Shown here: piece after piece, positions 29,686-38,842 of the stretch | Position numbering within the stretch: position 1 is the first letter of the stretch | Layout of the letters: each line of letters starts with the position of its first letter | Assembly: GCA_963745235.1 (NCBI GenBank) | Contig: CAVUXE010000015.1 | Coordinates: 64,001-128,000 of the forward strand | From: an uncultured Spirochaetota bacterium | GTDB taxonomy: Bacteria > Spirochaetota > Spirochaetia > SZUA-6 > Fen-1364 | Length of the DNA: 64,000 nucleotides | Direction: 5' to 3' | Translations under genes and position numbers: made by a program | The notes under the pieces: generated by a model | Told to the model about the DNA's origin: nothing | The model's database searches: none | The model's input: only the letters and a program-made list of their open reading frames with translations

Positions 29686-30665
29686 GCCTCGCGATGGTGC
29701 GCCGCGGAGGGCCGCTCTCCAAGTCCTATGATCGGAACAAGAAGCTCATCGCCGCGTTTCTGGCCATTGTCTTTCTCTTCGTGGTTGGCCATTTCATCGT
29801 GCCCAACTTCCTGAGCCTCAATCAGATCCTGATCACCGTGAAGCTCGCTTCCTTCATCGCCCTGTTCAGCCTCTGCCAGATGATCGTCATGGCGGCGGGG
29901 GGAGCAGGCCTGGACCTCTCTGTCGGCTACACGGCAACCATAACCGCCATCTTCACCGCGAGCATCATGAACGGGCGCAACGAGAACCTCTGGCTCGCCA
30001 TCCTCGTCGCGCTGGGCTTCGGGCTCGCGGTCGGTTTTTCCAACGGTTTCCTTTCCGCCTATCTCAAGCTCCCCTCCCTCGTCGTGACGCTGGCCATGTC
30101 CCAGATCCTCCAGGGCATCATCAACGTCTATACGGCCGGGGCGCTCATCACGGGAAAGCCGTCCCCCGTGCTGCAGATCGTGGCGGCCAAGTCCACCGGC
30201 ACGTTTCCGAACATCATCTTCCTGCTCATCCTCGTGACCGCGGTCGTCATGGTCCTGCTCTACCGCACGAAGTGGGGCGCCACCCTGTTCGGCGTCGGGG
30301 AAAACGAGACCGCGGCATACTTGAGCGGCGTCAATACCCGGCGCGTGCGCACGATCGCATTCATCATGAGCGGCACCCTCGCGAGCCTGATCGGGCTGCT
30401 GCTCCTGGGCAACATGGGGGTGGCCTTCAAGGACATGGGGTCTGACTACGTGCTGCCGAGCATCGCCGCCGCGGTTGTGGGCGGCGTGTCGCTTTCCGGC
30501 GGGGATGGGAACTACATCGGGGTGATTCTCGGGGCCATCCTTCTCCAGGCGCTTCTCAACCTTCTGGTTGCCCTCGGGTGGGGCGATGCCGGGAAATGGG
30601 TGGGTTTCGGGATCGTCCTGTATGCGCTTCTCGCCGCATACGTCAGCAACCGGCGCGGGAGATAG
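29682..30665 (+). CDS. CUT2 ABC permease
   Basis: LDLSVG, GENETAA, VGGVSLSGG. Confidence 0.92.
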   Translation: MSLAMVRRGGPLSKSYDRNKKLIAAFLAIVFLFVVGHFIVPNFLSLNQILITVKLASFIALFSLCQMIVMAAGGAGLDLSVGYTATITAIFTASIMNGRNENLWLAILVALGFGLAVGFSNGFLSAYLKLPSLVVTLAMSQILQGIINVYTAGALITGKPSPVLQIVAAKSTGTFPNIIFLLILVTAVVMVLLYRTKWGATLFGVGENETAAYLSGVNTRRVRTIAFIMSGTLASLIGLLLLGNMGVAFKDMGSDYVLPSIAAAVVGGVSLSGGDGNYIGVILGAILLQALLNLLVALGWGDAGKWVGFGIVLYALLAAYVSNRRGR

Positions 30666-30669
30666 AGGG

Positions 30670-32916
30670 CTACTCTGACCGGTCCCTTTCCTGGATTGCC
30701 CGCCAGACCCTCTCCGGTGTCAACGGCAGGTCTCGAATGGGAGCTCCAATTGCCTCTCGAACCGCGGACCCTACCGCGGCTGCCGTTGCAAGCAGCCCGC
30801 CCTCCCCTGTCCCCTTGGCCCCGTAGGGCCCCGGCCCGTCCTCGTTCTCCACGGTCAGGGATACCTGCGAAGCGGGAATGTCCTTGATGGTGGGGATACG
30901 GTAGTCGAGGGCGCCCAGGTTCACGATGCGGCCGGCGCCGTCAAGGATGATGTGCTCCATCAGCGTGTGTCCCAATCCCATGATGGCCGCCCCGCTGTCC
31001 TGCATCTCCACGTGCTGGGGATTGAGCGCCTTTCCGACGTCCCCAACGGTCACGTAGCTGGGGATCCAGATCATCCCTGTTTCCTCGTCCACCGAGACTT
31101 CAGCCGCGCTGCACGACAGCTCGTAAAAGACGGTCTTGCCGGCAAGGGGATGACCGGCAGTCTTTCGCTTCACAAAGGAACCCACGCCGATGATCTCTCC
31201 GCGGGTGGTGCCGTAATAGTCACGAAGGAGCTCGGCAAAGCCCGCCTCTCCCCGTGGCCAGCGCGCTCTCCCGCCGGCGACATTGATTTCACTCTCCGGC
31301 GCCCCGGAGAGCTCCGCCGCCAGGGATCGCATCTGGTCCTTCACCTCCTGGCAGGCCTTCAGCACCGCCGACCCCATGATCACCGTGGAGCGGCTGGCGG
31401 AGGTGGAGGTGTCATAGGGGACGACCGCCGTGTCTCCCATCACCACCGCCACCTGCTCGATGGAGAGCCCCATCTCCTGGGCGACAATCTGCGCGAAGAC
31501 CGTCCGCGCCCCCTGCCCCATGTCGGAGGTGCCCGTCAGGAGAGAGGCGCTTCCGTCGTAGTGGAGGCGGAGGATGCAATAGGAGGCCGCGTAGGTTGCG
31601 GAGATTTTCAGGCCCAGCGCGATACCCCGGCCGTGCCCCTTCGCGAGCGGCGTGCCCCAACCGATGGCGGATGCCGCTTTCTCCAGCGCTTCGCGCCAGT
31701 TGCCGTCGCACGGGATGTCTCCCCGGATGAACTCCTCCCCCTTTTCGGGGAGATTGCGCAGGCGAATGGCAACCCGGTCCACGCCGAGCTTCCACGCCGC
31801 CTCATCAATCTGCGATTCTATGGCCCACGACATCTGGGGAACGCCGAAGCCGCGGAAGGCCGTTGTCGGGGTGGTATGAGACAAGAGGGCGCGCGAGTGG
31901 ATCCGCACGTTCGGCACGCGATACGGACCGCATGCGGTATAGCTTGCTTTTTCGACGACGCGAAGGCCGATGTCCGCGTAGGCCCCGATGAGGCAGTCCG
32001 CCGTCACGTCGTGAAATACCAGGCTGCCGTCCGTGCCGAACCCCGAGCGGACATGCACGCGGGTGGCCATGCGCCGTCCCGCCTGAAACGTCTCCTCCAG
32101 TGTCAGCGCGAGCCGAACGGGCCGTCCTGTCCTCAGGGCCATGAACGCCAGGAGCGGCTCGAACTTCGGGTATCCCTTGCCGCCGAAGGCCCCCCCTGGA
32201 TCGGGGGCGATGATCCTGACCTTTGCGAGAGGCAGGCGAAGCACGTCGGCGATGGTCTTTTGCAGGATAAAAGGGTGCTGGATGGGGCTCCAGACCTTCA
32301 CTCCGCCATCCTCCGGCATGGCGATGAAGGCGTGCGGCTCGATGGCGAAATGGGTGACCATGGGGAACGTGTAGACGTTCTGGATCACGAGGTCCGCGCT
32401 GAGCGCATCCACGTCGCCCCAGCCGAAGCGCAGATCTTCCAGTACGTTCGTGTCCTTGAGGGCGTCCTTCGGCCGCAAGACCGGATCCTGCACCAGGGGC
32501 GCGCCGGGGTCCAGCGCTTCATCGACCGTATAGACGCCAGGCAGCTTTTCATGCGCAACGCGAACCAGCGCGGCAGCCTCCCTTGCCGCATCCTCCGTCT
32601 CCGCCGCCACCGCGGCCACGGGCTCCCCGAAGAACTTCGTTTCACCGACCGCGATGACGGGTCGGTCCTGCAGGTTCGGCCCGAAACGCGGGACCGGCTG
32701 CGGGAGGTCCCGGGCGGTCATGACGCAGCGAACCCCGGGGAGCTTCTCCGCCCCAGTCGCGTCGATGCCGGTAATGCGCGCGTGCCCGCAGTCCAGGGTG
32801 ACCAGCTTCACCCACAGCATGCCGTCCAGCCGTATGTCACCGACGTATTTCTGAGCCCCCGTGACTCGCTCCGCGCCCCCGACACGCTTGACCGACTGTC
32901 CGATCCACTCAGTCAT
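30670..32916 (-). CDS. Xanthine-dehydrogenase-family molybdopterin-binding subunit
   Basis: GGAFGGK, AFRGFG.PQ, DMGQG, GAKGTGE. Confidence 0.94.
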   Translation of the reverse strand: MTEWIGQSVKRVGGAERVTGAQKYVGDIRLDGMLWVKLVTLDCGHARITGIDATGAEKLPGVRCVMTARDLPQPVPRFGPNLQDRPVIAVGETKFFGEPVAAVAAETEDAAREAAALVRVAHEKLPGVYTVDEALDPGAPLVQDPVLRPKDALKDTNVLEDLRFGWGDVDALSADLVIQNVYTFPMVTHFAIEPHAFIAMPEDGGVKVWSPIQHPFILQKTIADVLRLPLAKVRIIAPDPGGAFGGKGYPKFEPLLAFMALRTGRPVRLALTLEETFQAGRRMATRVHVRSGFGTDGSLVFHDVTADCLIGAYADIGLRVVEKASYTACGPYRVPNVRIHSRALLSHTTPTTAFRGFGVPQMSWAIESQIDEAAWKLGVDRVAIRLRNLPEKGEEFIRGDIPCDGNWREALEKAASAIGWGTPLAKGHGRGIALGLKISATYAASYCILRLHYDGSASLLTGTSDMGQGARTVFAQIVAQEMGLSIEQVAVVMGDTAVVPYDTSTSASRSTVIMGSAVLKACQEVKDQMRSLAAELSGAPESEINVAGGRARWPRGEAGFAELLRDYYGTTRGEIIGVGSFVKRKTAGHPLAGKTVFYELSCSAAEVSVDEETGMIWIPSYVTVGDVGKALNPQHVEMQDSGAAIMGLGHTLMEHIILDGAGRIVNLGALDYRIPTIKDIPASQVSLTVENEDGPGPYGAKGTGEGGLLATAAAVGSAVREAIGAPIRDLPLTPERVWRAIQERDRSE

Positions 32917-33394
32917 TGTCCGCCCCCTGCCGGGAGGCGGCGCGCACAGCCTCTATGATCCTGCCATAGCCCGCGCAGCGGCAGAGGTTTCCGGCCAACT
33001 CCTCCTTGATCTCCTCCACTGAGGGGCTGGGGTTGTGACTCAGGAGGTACTGGGCGGACATCACCATCCCCGGTATGCAGAAGCCGCACTGCACGGCTCC
33101 CTCGGCAAGAAACGCCTCCTGGAGGGAGCTCAACCGGCTGTCTTTTGCAAGTCCTTCGACAGTGATGATGCTGCATCCGTCCGCTTCGGCAGCCAGCATG
33201 AGGCAGGAGTTCACCGCGCGGCCATCGACGAGCACCGTGCACGCTCCACACTCACCCAGCGAGCAGCACTCCTTCGTACCGGTCAGGCCGAGCTGGTCCC
33301 GCAGGACCTTGAGCAGGGTGTGGCTCGACAGAACCTCGAGAGAATGCGCAATGCCGTTCACCGTCAGCGAAATGGCGACAGAGCTCGAGTCCAT
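32909..33394 (-). CDS. 2x[2Fe-2S] small subunit (CoxS/XdhS-like)
   Basis: CSLGECGAC, QCGFC.PG, NLCRC. Confidence 0.94.
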   Translation of the reverse strand: MDSSSVAISLTVNGIAHSLEVLSSHTLLKVLRDQLGLTGTKECCSLGECGACTVLVDGRAVNSCLMLAAEADGCSIITVEGLAKDSRLSSLQEAFLAEGAVQCGFCIPGMVMSAQYLLSHNPSPSVEEIKEELAGNLCRCAGYGRIIEAVRAASRQGADND

Positions 33395-33416
33395 TCCATC
33401 CGTCTCCTTCAAATGA

Positions 33417-34310
33417 TCAGTCTCCCTGCCCGCCGTTTGCCAGCCGGCGGTGGGCTTTCTCCAGCGCTCTCCTGCTCATGACCAGGAGCATGGCGGCCCG
33501 ATACTCGCGGCTCGCCCTCACATCTGAAATCGGGCTCGTGACGGCAATCAGCTTCATGAGGAGGCGCTCGCGCTCGGGGTCACCAATGGCGGGGTCGGCG
33601 AGCCTCCCGCTGTCATCCACCGTGATGATTGGACGCGGTCCGACCGCTCCGAAAGCGAACTTTGTCCGCCGCGCCTCGTCCACGAGGCAGCAGAGGTTGA
33701 TGGTCGCAAGATCCACTCCCCGCCTCCGCGTCAGCCTCTCGAAAGCCGTTCCCGCGCGCTGCCGCGGGAGGGGCAGCCGAATGGATGTCACGATCTCATC
33801 CGGGAGACGGACCGTCTTTCCCGGTCCCATGAAGAAATCAGCGAGCGCGACGCTCCTCTGCCCGGCTTTGCCGACAAGATTCACGGTGGCGTCATGAACC
33901 AGCAGCGCGGGCAGGGTGTCCGCCGCGGGAGAGGCATTGCAGATGTTTCCCGGAAGCGTGGCGCGGTTTCGAATCTGGATGGAACCGACGGTAGAAGCCG
34001 CCTCCGCGAGGGCCGGAAAGCTGCGAAGCACGCGCGGATCCCTGATGATGTCCGAGAGCAGCGCGAGGGCGCCGATTTCCAGGAACGGCCCGGCTTCCAC
34101 GATGTCTGCGCGAAGGGAGCTGATCTTCTTCAGGTCGATGACCACCCGCGGGGAAATCTTCCTGGCCCGGATCTGGACCAGGAGGTCTGTCCCCCCCGAG
34201 AGCAGGCAGGCGTCCGGGCCGAGGTCCGCAAGCAGGCTCACCGCTTCCTCGATCCGCTGCGGACGGACAAGGCGGAACCCGTCTCTCTCACCCGTGGATT
34301 GTCCCGTCAT
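33417..34310 (-). CDS. FAD-binding medium subunit (CoxM-like)
   Basis: SGGTDL, QIRNRATL.GN..NASPAAD, ISDVRAS.EYR; no 4Fe-4S insert. Confidence 0.93.
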   Translation of the reverse strand: MTGQSTGERDGFRLVRPQRIEEAVSLLADLGPDACLLSGGTDLLVQIRARKISPRVVIDLKKISSLRADIVEAGPFLEIGALALLSDIIRDPRVLRSFPALAEAASTVGSIQIRNRATLPGNICNASPAADTLPALLVHDATVNLVGKAGQRSVALADFFMGPGKTVRLPDEIVTSIRLPLPRQRAGTAFERLTRRRGVDLATINLCCLVDEARRTKFAFGAVGPRPIITVDDSGRLADPAIGDPERERLLMKLIAVTSPISDVRASREYRAAMLLVMSRRALEKAHRRLANGGQGD

Positions 34311-35053
34311 ATCCGGCCCAGCGATTCTCCGGCCTCCCGGAGGAGGCGCAGGATCCTCTGGAAATGCTCGTCATGCCGTGTTACCGCGCGGGAGAAATCC
34401 AGCGAGGTGATCGCGTCGATCATCTCCTGATGGTCAACCGCGATCTCCGCCGTGTCGCTGATTGCGCGGTAGGTCCTTCGGATCTCTTCCTTCATGAAAC
34501 CGTGAAGGGTGGCGAAAATCTCCACGAACAGGGAGTTGCCGGTGGCTTCGACGATGGTTGCATGAAAATCGTAGTCTGCCTGCACGAGCGCCTCGATGGA
34601 TTTCCCAGAAGCGCCTTCCCTCATGTGCGACAGGACCTCCTGCAGGCGCCGGAGCACGGCACGGCCATTCTCCGTTTTGCGCTGCAGCTCACGGACCAGG
34701 GCGCTGACCCCGGCGCTTTCGATGATCCTTCGCAGCTCAATGACCTCCCTGAGGTTGTTCTGGCCCAGAAGGAGGGACCACGTGATCGCTTCCTGCGAAA
34801 TCTTTGTCCGGTCACAGAGGAAGGTCCCTTTCGGCACCCTGGCTTCCAGGACGCCGAGGTGCTGAAATATCTTGACCGCCTCCCGCACCGAGGAGCGACC
34901 GACGCCGAACATCTCCGCCAGCTCGCTCTCCGTCGGAATACGATCGTTGACTTTGTACGCGCCGGACAGTATCAGCTCCCGGATGCGGTCCATGACCTGG
35001 ACCACGACCGTTTTCTGCTGGATCTTCTGCTGAAACCGCTCTCCAATCATCAC
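34307..35053 (-). CDS. FadR/GntR transcriptional regulator
   Basis: IPTESEL..MFGVGRSSVREA, D..FH..I..ATGN; first gene of the Mo-enzyme operon. Confidence 0.93.
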   Translation of the reverse strand: MMIGERFQQKIQQKTVVVQVMDRIRELILSGAYKVNDRIPTESELAEMFGVGRSSVREAVKIFQHLGVLEARVPKGTFLCDRTKISQEAITWSLLLGQNNLREVIELRRIIESAGVSALVRELQRKTENGRAVLRRLQEVLSHMREGASGKSIEALVQADYDFHATIVEATGNSLFVEIFATLHGFMKEEIRRTYRAISDTAEIAVDHQEMIDAITSLDFSRAVTRHDEHFQRILRLLREAGESLGRI

Positions 35054-35088
35054 TTTTTCGCCTCCTTCCGACCGGAATGAGAAAAATC

Positions 35089-35118
35089 TTGACGAATAGT
35101 CAGATTATCTGATATAAG
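35089..35118 (+). promoter_or_regulatory. Promoter with a perfect operator palindrome
   Basis: TTGACG-18-TATAAG; TCAGAT-T-ATCTGA at 35100-35112. Confidence 0.75.
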
Positions 35119-35188
35119 GGTGCAAGAAGCAAGCGGCACTGGCCGGTGCTCCTCCAAGGACGTCAAGCTGCACTGACAGGGGTTCGTG

Positions 35189-36166
35189 ATGTCTCATTAC
35201 GTCAAGCTGCTGGAGCAAATGACACGGGACGACTTCCAGGATACCGGGGGGAAGGCCGCAAACCTCGGTGAGCTGGTCCGTGGAGGGTTCAACGTTCCTC
35301 CCGCCTTCTGCGTCACCGCCGGGTCCCTTGATCGCGTCATCGAGAAAAACGGCATATCCGGACGCATCGACGAGATTGCATCCGCCATCAACTACGAGGA
35401 CTATGACCAGGTCGAGAAGCAGACCGCGCAGATCAGGGACCTGATCTCCGCATGCCTGATCCCTGAGGACCTCCTGGCGGAGATCCGCCAGGGGATCCAG
35501 TCCCTGCGGAAAGATGCCGCCCACGAACCTTTCGTCGCGGTCCGCTCCTCGGTTGCCGTCCGTGACAGCACCATCTCTTCTTTCCCCGGCATGATGGACA
35601 CCTACCATTTCCTGCGCGGCGAGGCGCAGATCATCGAGTACATCAGGAAATGCTGGGCCTCGCTGTGGACGGCCCGGGCCGCCTACCGGCGCCACCAGCA
35701 GAAGATCGAGCATCGAAAAGGGATAATTGCGCCGATCGTCCAGCGCATGGTGAACGCGGACGTTGCAGGGGTGCTGTTTACGGCCAATCCCATCACCGGG
35801 TCGCGGGGAGAGATCGTGATCGAAGCGAACTGGGGGCTGGGAGAATCACTGGTCTCAGGAGAGTCGATGAACGACTCCTACGTGGTCCGCAAGGGCGCTC
35901 CTCCCGCCATTGCGGAAAAGAGGATCCAGAAGAAGACGATCATGGTGACAATTGACAGGGAAGCGGGCGTGGGCAGGAAGAAGTATGATGTCCCGGCCGA
36001 GCTCAGTGAAAAGGAGACGCTCACGGACAATCAGCTTGTTGAGCTTGCCACGCGCGCAATGGAGATCGAGGGGCTGTTCGGATACCCGCAGGACATCGAG
36101 TGGGCCTACGAGAAGAGTGAGCTTTTCCTGCTCCAGAGCAGAAAGGTGAAGGGACTGAAAGACTGA
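35189..36166 (+). CDS. Stand-alone PEP-synthase N-terminal ATP-binding domain (PpsB-like)
   Basis: GGKAANLGEL, VAVRSS, SFPG, GLGESLVSG, QDIEWA, LLQSR, then stop. Confidence 0.9.
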   Translation: MSHYVKLLEQMTRDDFQDTGGKAANLGELVRGGFNVPPAFCVTAGSLDRVIEKNGISGRIDEIASAINYEDYDQVEKQTAQIRDLISACLIPEDLLAEIRQGIQSLRKDAAHEPFVAVRSSVAVRDSTISSFPGMMDTYHFLRGEAQIIEYIRKCWASLWTARAAYRRHQQKIEHRKGIIAPIVQRMVNADVAGVLFTANPITGSRGEIVIEANWGLGESLVSGESMNDSYVVRKGAPPAIAEKRIQKKTIMVTIDREAGVGRKKYDVPAELSEKETLTDNQLVELATRAMEIEGLFGYPQDIEWAYEKSELFLLQSRKVKGLKD

Positions 36167-36185
36167 GCGGCGACAAGGAGCTGCA

Positions 36186-37073
36186 ATGAAGACCTTTTCC
36201 GAGGAGTTTTGCTGCGCGGACGCGGTCCTCCGCGTCGATGTGATCGGAGATGAGGCCCCCAGCCACGTCCTTGATGACATGACATTCATGAACTACCGGC
36301 TGGCCGCGGTGGACCTTCGGACCGAGGTCAGGAAGCCCAGACCGGACGTGATCTGGGACACGGGGAAGAAAGACAAGACAATCGCGTACAAGGACCAGCA
36401 GCTCGTTCTGCAGGGGGACTGGTCGCAAGGTGAGCTCAACAGGATCATCGTGAGCCTGCTCACCCTCCAGATGGAGAAGGCGGGCCTGCATCCCTTCCAC
36501 TCCTCCGCGGTCCGGTACAAGGACAGGACAATTCTCTTCCTCGGCGGGGAGTCGAACCATGGCAAGAGCATGAGCCAGATCGAGGGATGCCGCCGCGGAG
36601 GCCTTGTCGTGTCTACCGAAACGACGGTAACCGATGAGAAGGGATGGGCCGTGATGGGATCCAAGAGCGTCTACCTGCGGCAGCGCGCAAAGGGCACGGA
36701 ACGCGCGGACATCCCGAGCCAGGACGAAGGGGTCTCCAAGTTCTTTTCCAGGGACCCGGACTACATCCCCTATGACAAGCCGTCGAACATCGACCTGGTG
36801 GTCATGCCGGGGATCGACGGCCACTTCGACCTCAAGATCGTGGAGATGATGGGGTTCGAGCGGGAGTACCAGACCTTCCATTCCCTGATGAACTACTTCG
36901 GCCTGCACACGCTGCTGAGCCAGGAGGGCATTGTCATGCCGGTCATCGACACGGACGCCCTGCGAAAGGCGCGCGGGGCGTTCTGCAGCCGCTTCGCCAA
37001 AGGAAGACCGTATTTCATGGTTCGAGCCAGGACGCCGCAGATCCTCTTTGATGCGGTGGAGGAGCACATGTGA
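36186..37073 (+). CDS. Hypothetical protein with an HprK/PEPCK-like P-loop
   Basis: FHSSAV...ILFLGGESNHGKS. Confidence 0.6.
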   Translation: MKTFSEEFCCADAVLRVDVIGDEAPSHVLDDMTFMNYRLAAVDLRTEVRKPRPDVIWDTGKKDKTIAYKDQQLVLQGDWSQGELNRIIVSLLTLQMEKAGLHPFHSSAVRYKDRTILFLGGESNHGKSMSQIEGCRRGGLVVSTETTVTDEKGWAVMGSKSVYLRQRAKGTERADIPSQDEGVSKFFSRDPDYIPYDKPSNIDLVVMPGIDGHFDLKIVEMMGFEREYQTFHSLMNYFGLHTLLSQEGIVMPVIDTDALRKARGAFCSRFAKGRPYFMVRARTPQILFDAVEEHM

Positions 37074-37948
37074 TGGAGCAGGTGACAAAAAACGTCTTCG
37101 CGGAGACAAAGGTCCGGGGCTGCAATCCAGGGTACGTCATCACTTCTGACGGCGTCGTTGTCATCGACACGCCGCAGCTCCCCACTCGGGCGGTCGCAAT
37201 GTGCAAGGAAGTCGAGGCGCGGGGGCGCATCCGCTACCTGATCAACACCGAGCACCATGTCGACCACATCTTCGGCAACTACTTCTTCAAGAGCGCGGAA
37301 AAGGTGATCGCGCACCGGGAGACCGTGAAGAACTTCATGGTGGTCACGCCTCAGATCAACCCCTACGAGTACGCCAGGGAAGCCATTCCAACGGACGACC
37401 CGCAGGGCGCCGCTCTCTTTCCTGACGCCAGGACGTATTTCGCCGCTCCCAACAAGCCGACCATCGTGATCGCAGGGGACACGGTCCTGACCGTCGGGGA
37501 TCACACCTTTGAGCTCCTGCACACTCCGGGACACACTCCCGGACAGCTTGCGGTCGTGCTCCCGCAGGAGCGCGTCATGTTCGTCGGCGATACCATCTTC
37601 AATCACTGCCAGACGTGGCTCTACACCTCGAATGTCGAGCAGTGGATCAGGGCCCTCGACAGGCTCCTGGAGGTGGATGTTGACCTGATCGTTCCCGGCC
37701 ATGGCCCGGTGTGCACAAAGCAGGAGATCTACGTGCAGCGGGCCTTCCTGCTGGAGTGGGTGACGGCCGTGGCAGTCGCCGTGGGCAAAGGATGGAGCAA
37801 AGAGGAGTGCATTGAGCGGATCAGCTTCATGGATCGATTCCCCGTGGATATCGGCCAGGAATACATGGGCCCCGAGGTCACGAAGCAGAACATCATCGCG
37901 CTGTACAATCAGCTGACGGCAAAGATGCCGGTCATGAAGAAGGGTTGA
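37073..37948 (+). CDS. MBL-fold metallo-hydrolase
   Basis: NTEHHVDHIFGN, TPGHT, GD, PGHG. Confidence 0.9.
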   Translation: MEQVTKNVFAETKVRGCNPGYVITSDGVVVIDTPQLPTRAVAMCKEVEARGRIRYLINTEHHVDHIFGNYFFKSAEKVIAHRETVKNFMVVTPQINPYEYAREAIPTDDPQGAALFPDARTYFAAPNKPTIVIAGDTVLTVGDHTFELLHTPGHTPGQLAVVLPQERVMFVGDTIFNHCQTWLYTSNVEQWIRALDRLLEVDVDLIVPGHGPVCTKQEIYVQRAFLLEWVTAVAVAVGKGWSKEECIERISFMDRFPVDIGQEYMGPEVTKQNIIALYNQLTAKMPVMKKG

Positions 37949-37950
37949 CC

Positions 37951-38739
37951 ATGGACCAGTCATTGGAGAAGTACGCGAAGCTTTTCGATCTTGCGGGCCG
38001 CACGGCGCTCGTCGCGGGAGGCGCGGGCGGAATCGGAAGCGCCATCAGCGAAGGCCTTGCCTCACGCGGGTGCAAGGTAGTCCTCACCAGCCGCACGGCG
38101 GCCAAGGCGGAGAAGGTGGCATCAGCCATTCGCGCCGCGGGCGGAGACGCGCACGGCCGCGCGCTGGTGGTGGACAGGATGGAGGCGCTTCGCCAGCTCG
38201 TGGATGGCGTCCTGAGGGACGTCGGCAGGATCGACATCCTCGTGAACTGCATCGGAAGCCACATCGAGGCGCCGGCGGAAGAATACCGCGAGGAGGACTG
38301 GGACGCCATTTTCACGGGGAGCCTGAAGAGCGCGTTCTTCCTGTCCCAGGCTGTCGCGAAGGGCCAGATCGGCAAAGGCGGAGGGAAGCATATTCACCTC
38401 ACCTCGGTCCGCAGCCTGCTGGGAATCCACAGGGGATATGCCAGCTACTGCGCGAGCAGGGGCGGGATGAACATGATGATCAAGCAGCTGGCCACCGAGT
38501 GGGCGAAGCACGGGATCACCGTGAACGGGATTGCTCCCACGTTCACGAGGACCGACCTTGTGGCCAAGTACCTGAACGATCCGGGCTTCTACAACCCCCT
38601 GGTGGCCCGCATTCCGCTGGGACGGGTTGCGGATCCCGTTGACATTGCGGCGCTTGCCATGTACCTGGCGGCTCCAGCCTCGAACTTCATCACGGGGCAG
38701 ATCATCTTCGCGGACGGCGGAGTTACCTGCTGCCAGTGA
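37951..38739 (+). CDS. SDR oxidoreductase (gluconate 5-dehydrogenase-like, YxxxR variant)
   Basis: GGAGGIG, YCASR, VNGIAP, DGG. Confidence 0.9.
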   Translation: MDQSLEKYAKLFDLAGRTALVAGGAGGIGSAISEGLASRGCKVVLTSRTAAKAEKVASAIRAAGGDAHGRALVVDRMEALRQLVDGVLRDVGRIDILVNCIGSHIEAPAEEYREEDWDAIFTGSLKSAFFLSQAVAKGQIGKGGGKHIHLTSVRSLLGIHRGYASYCASRGGMNMMIKQLATEWAKHGITVNGIAPTFTRTDLVAKYLNDPGFYNPLVARIPLGRVADPVDIAALAMYLAAPASNFITGQIIFADGGVTCCQ

Positions 38740-38842
38740 CCGGCGCGCGGGCAGCCCGCGGTCTGTTGGCGATCATCCGCACGGGAAAGCCCGGGCCCGT
38801 TGCTTGTGACCGCGGGTCTCCCGTGACTTCTCCTTCTCCCGT

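Noticed and set aside
30670-34310. Aerobic CO dehydrogenase or 4-hydroxybenzoyl-CoA reductase
   Set aside because: The large subunit has AFRGFG, not the form I AYxCSFR loop; the FAD subunit lacks the extra 4Fe-4S insert
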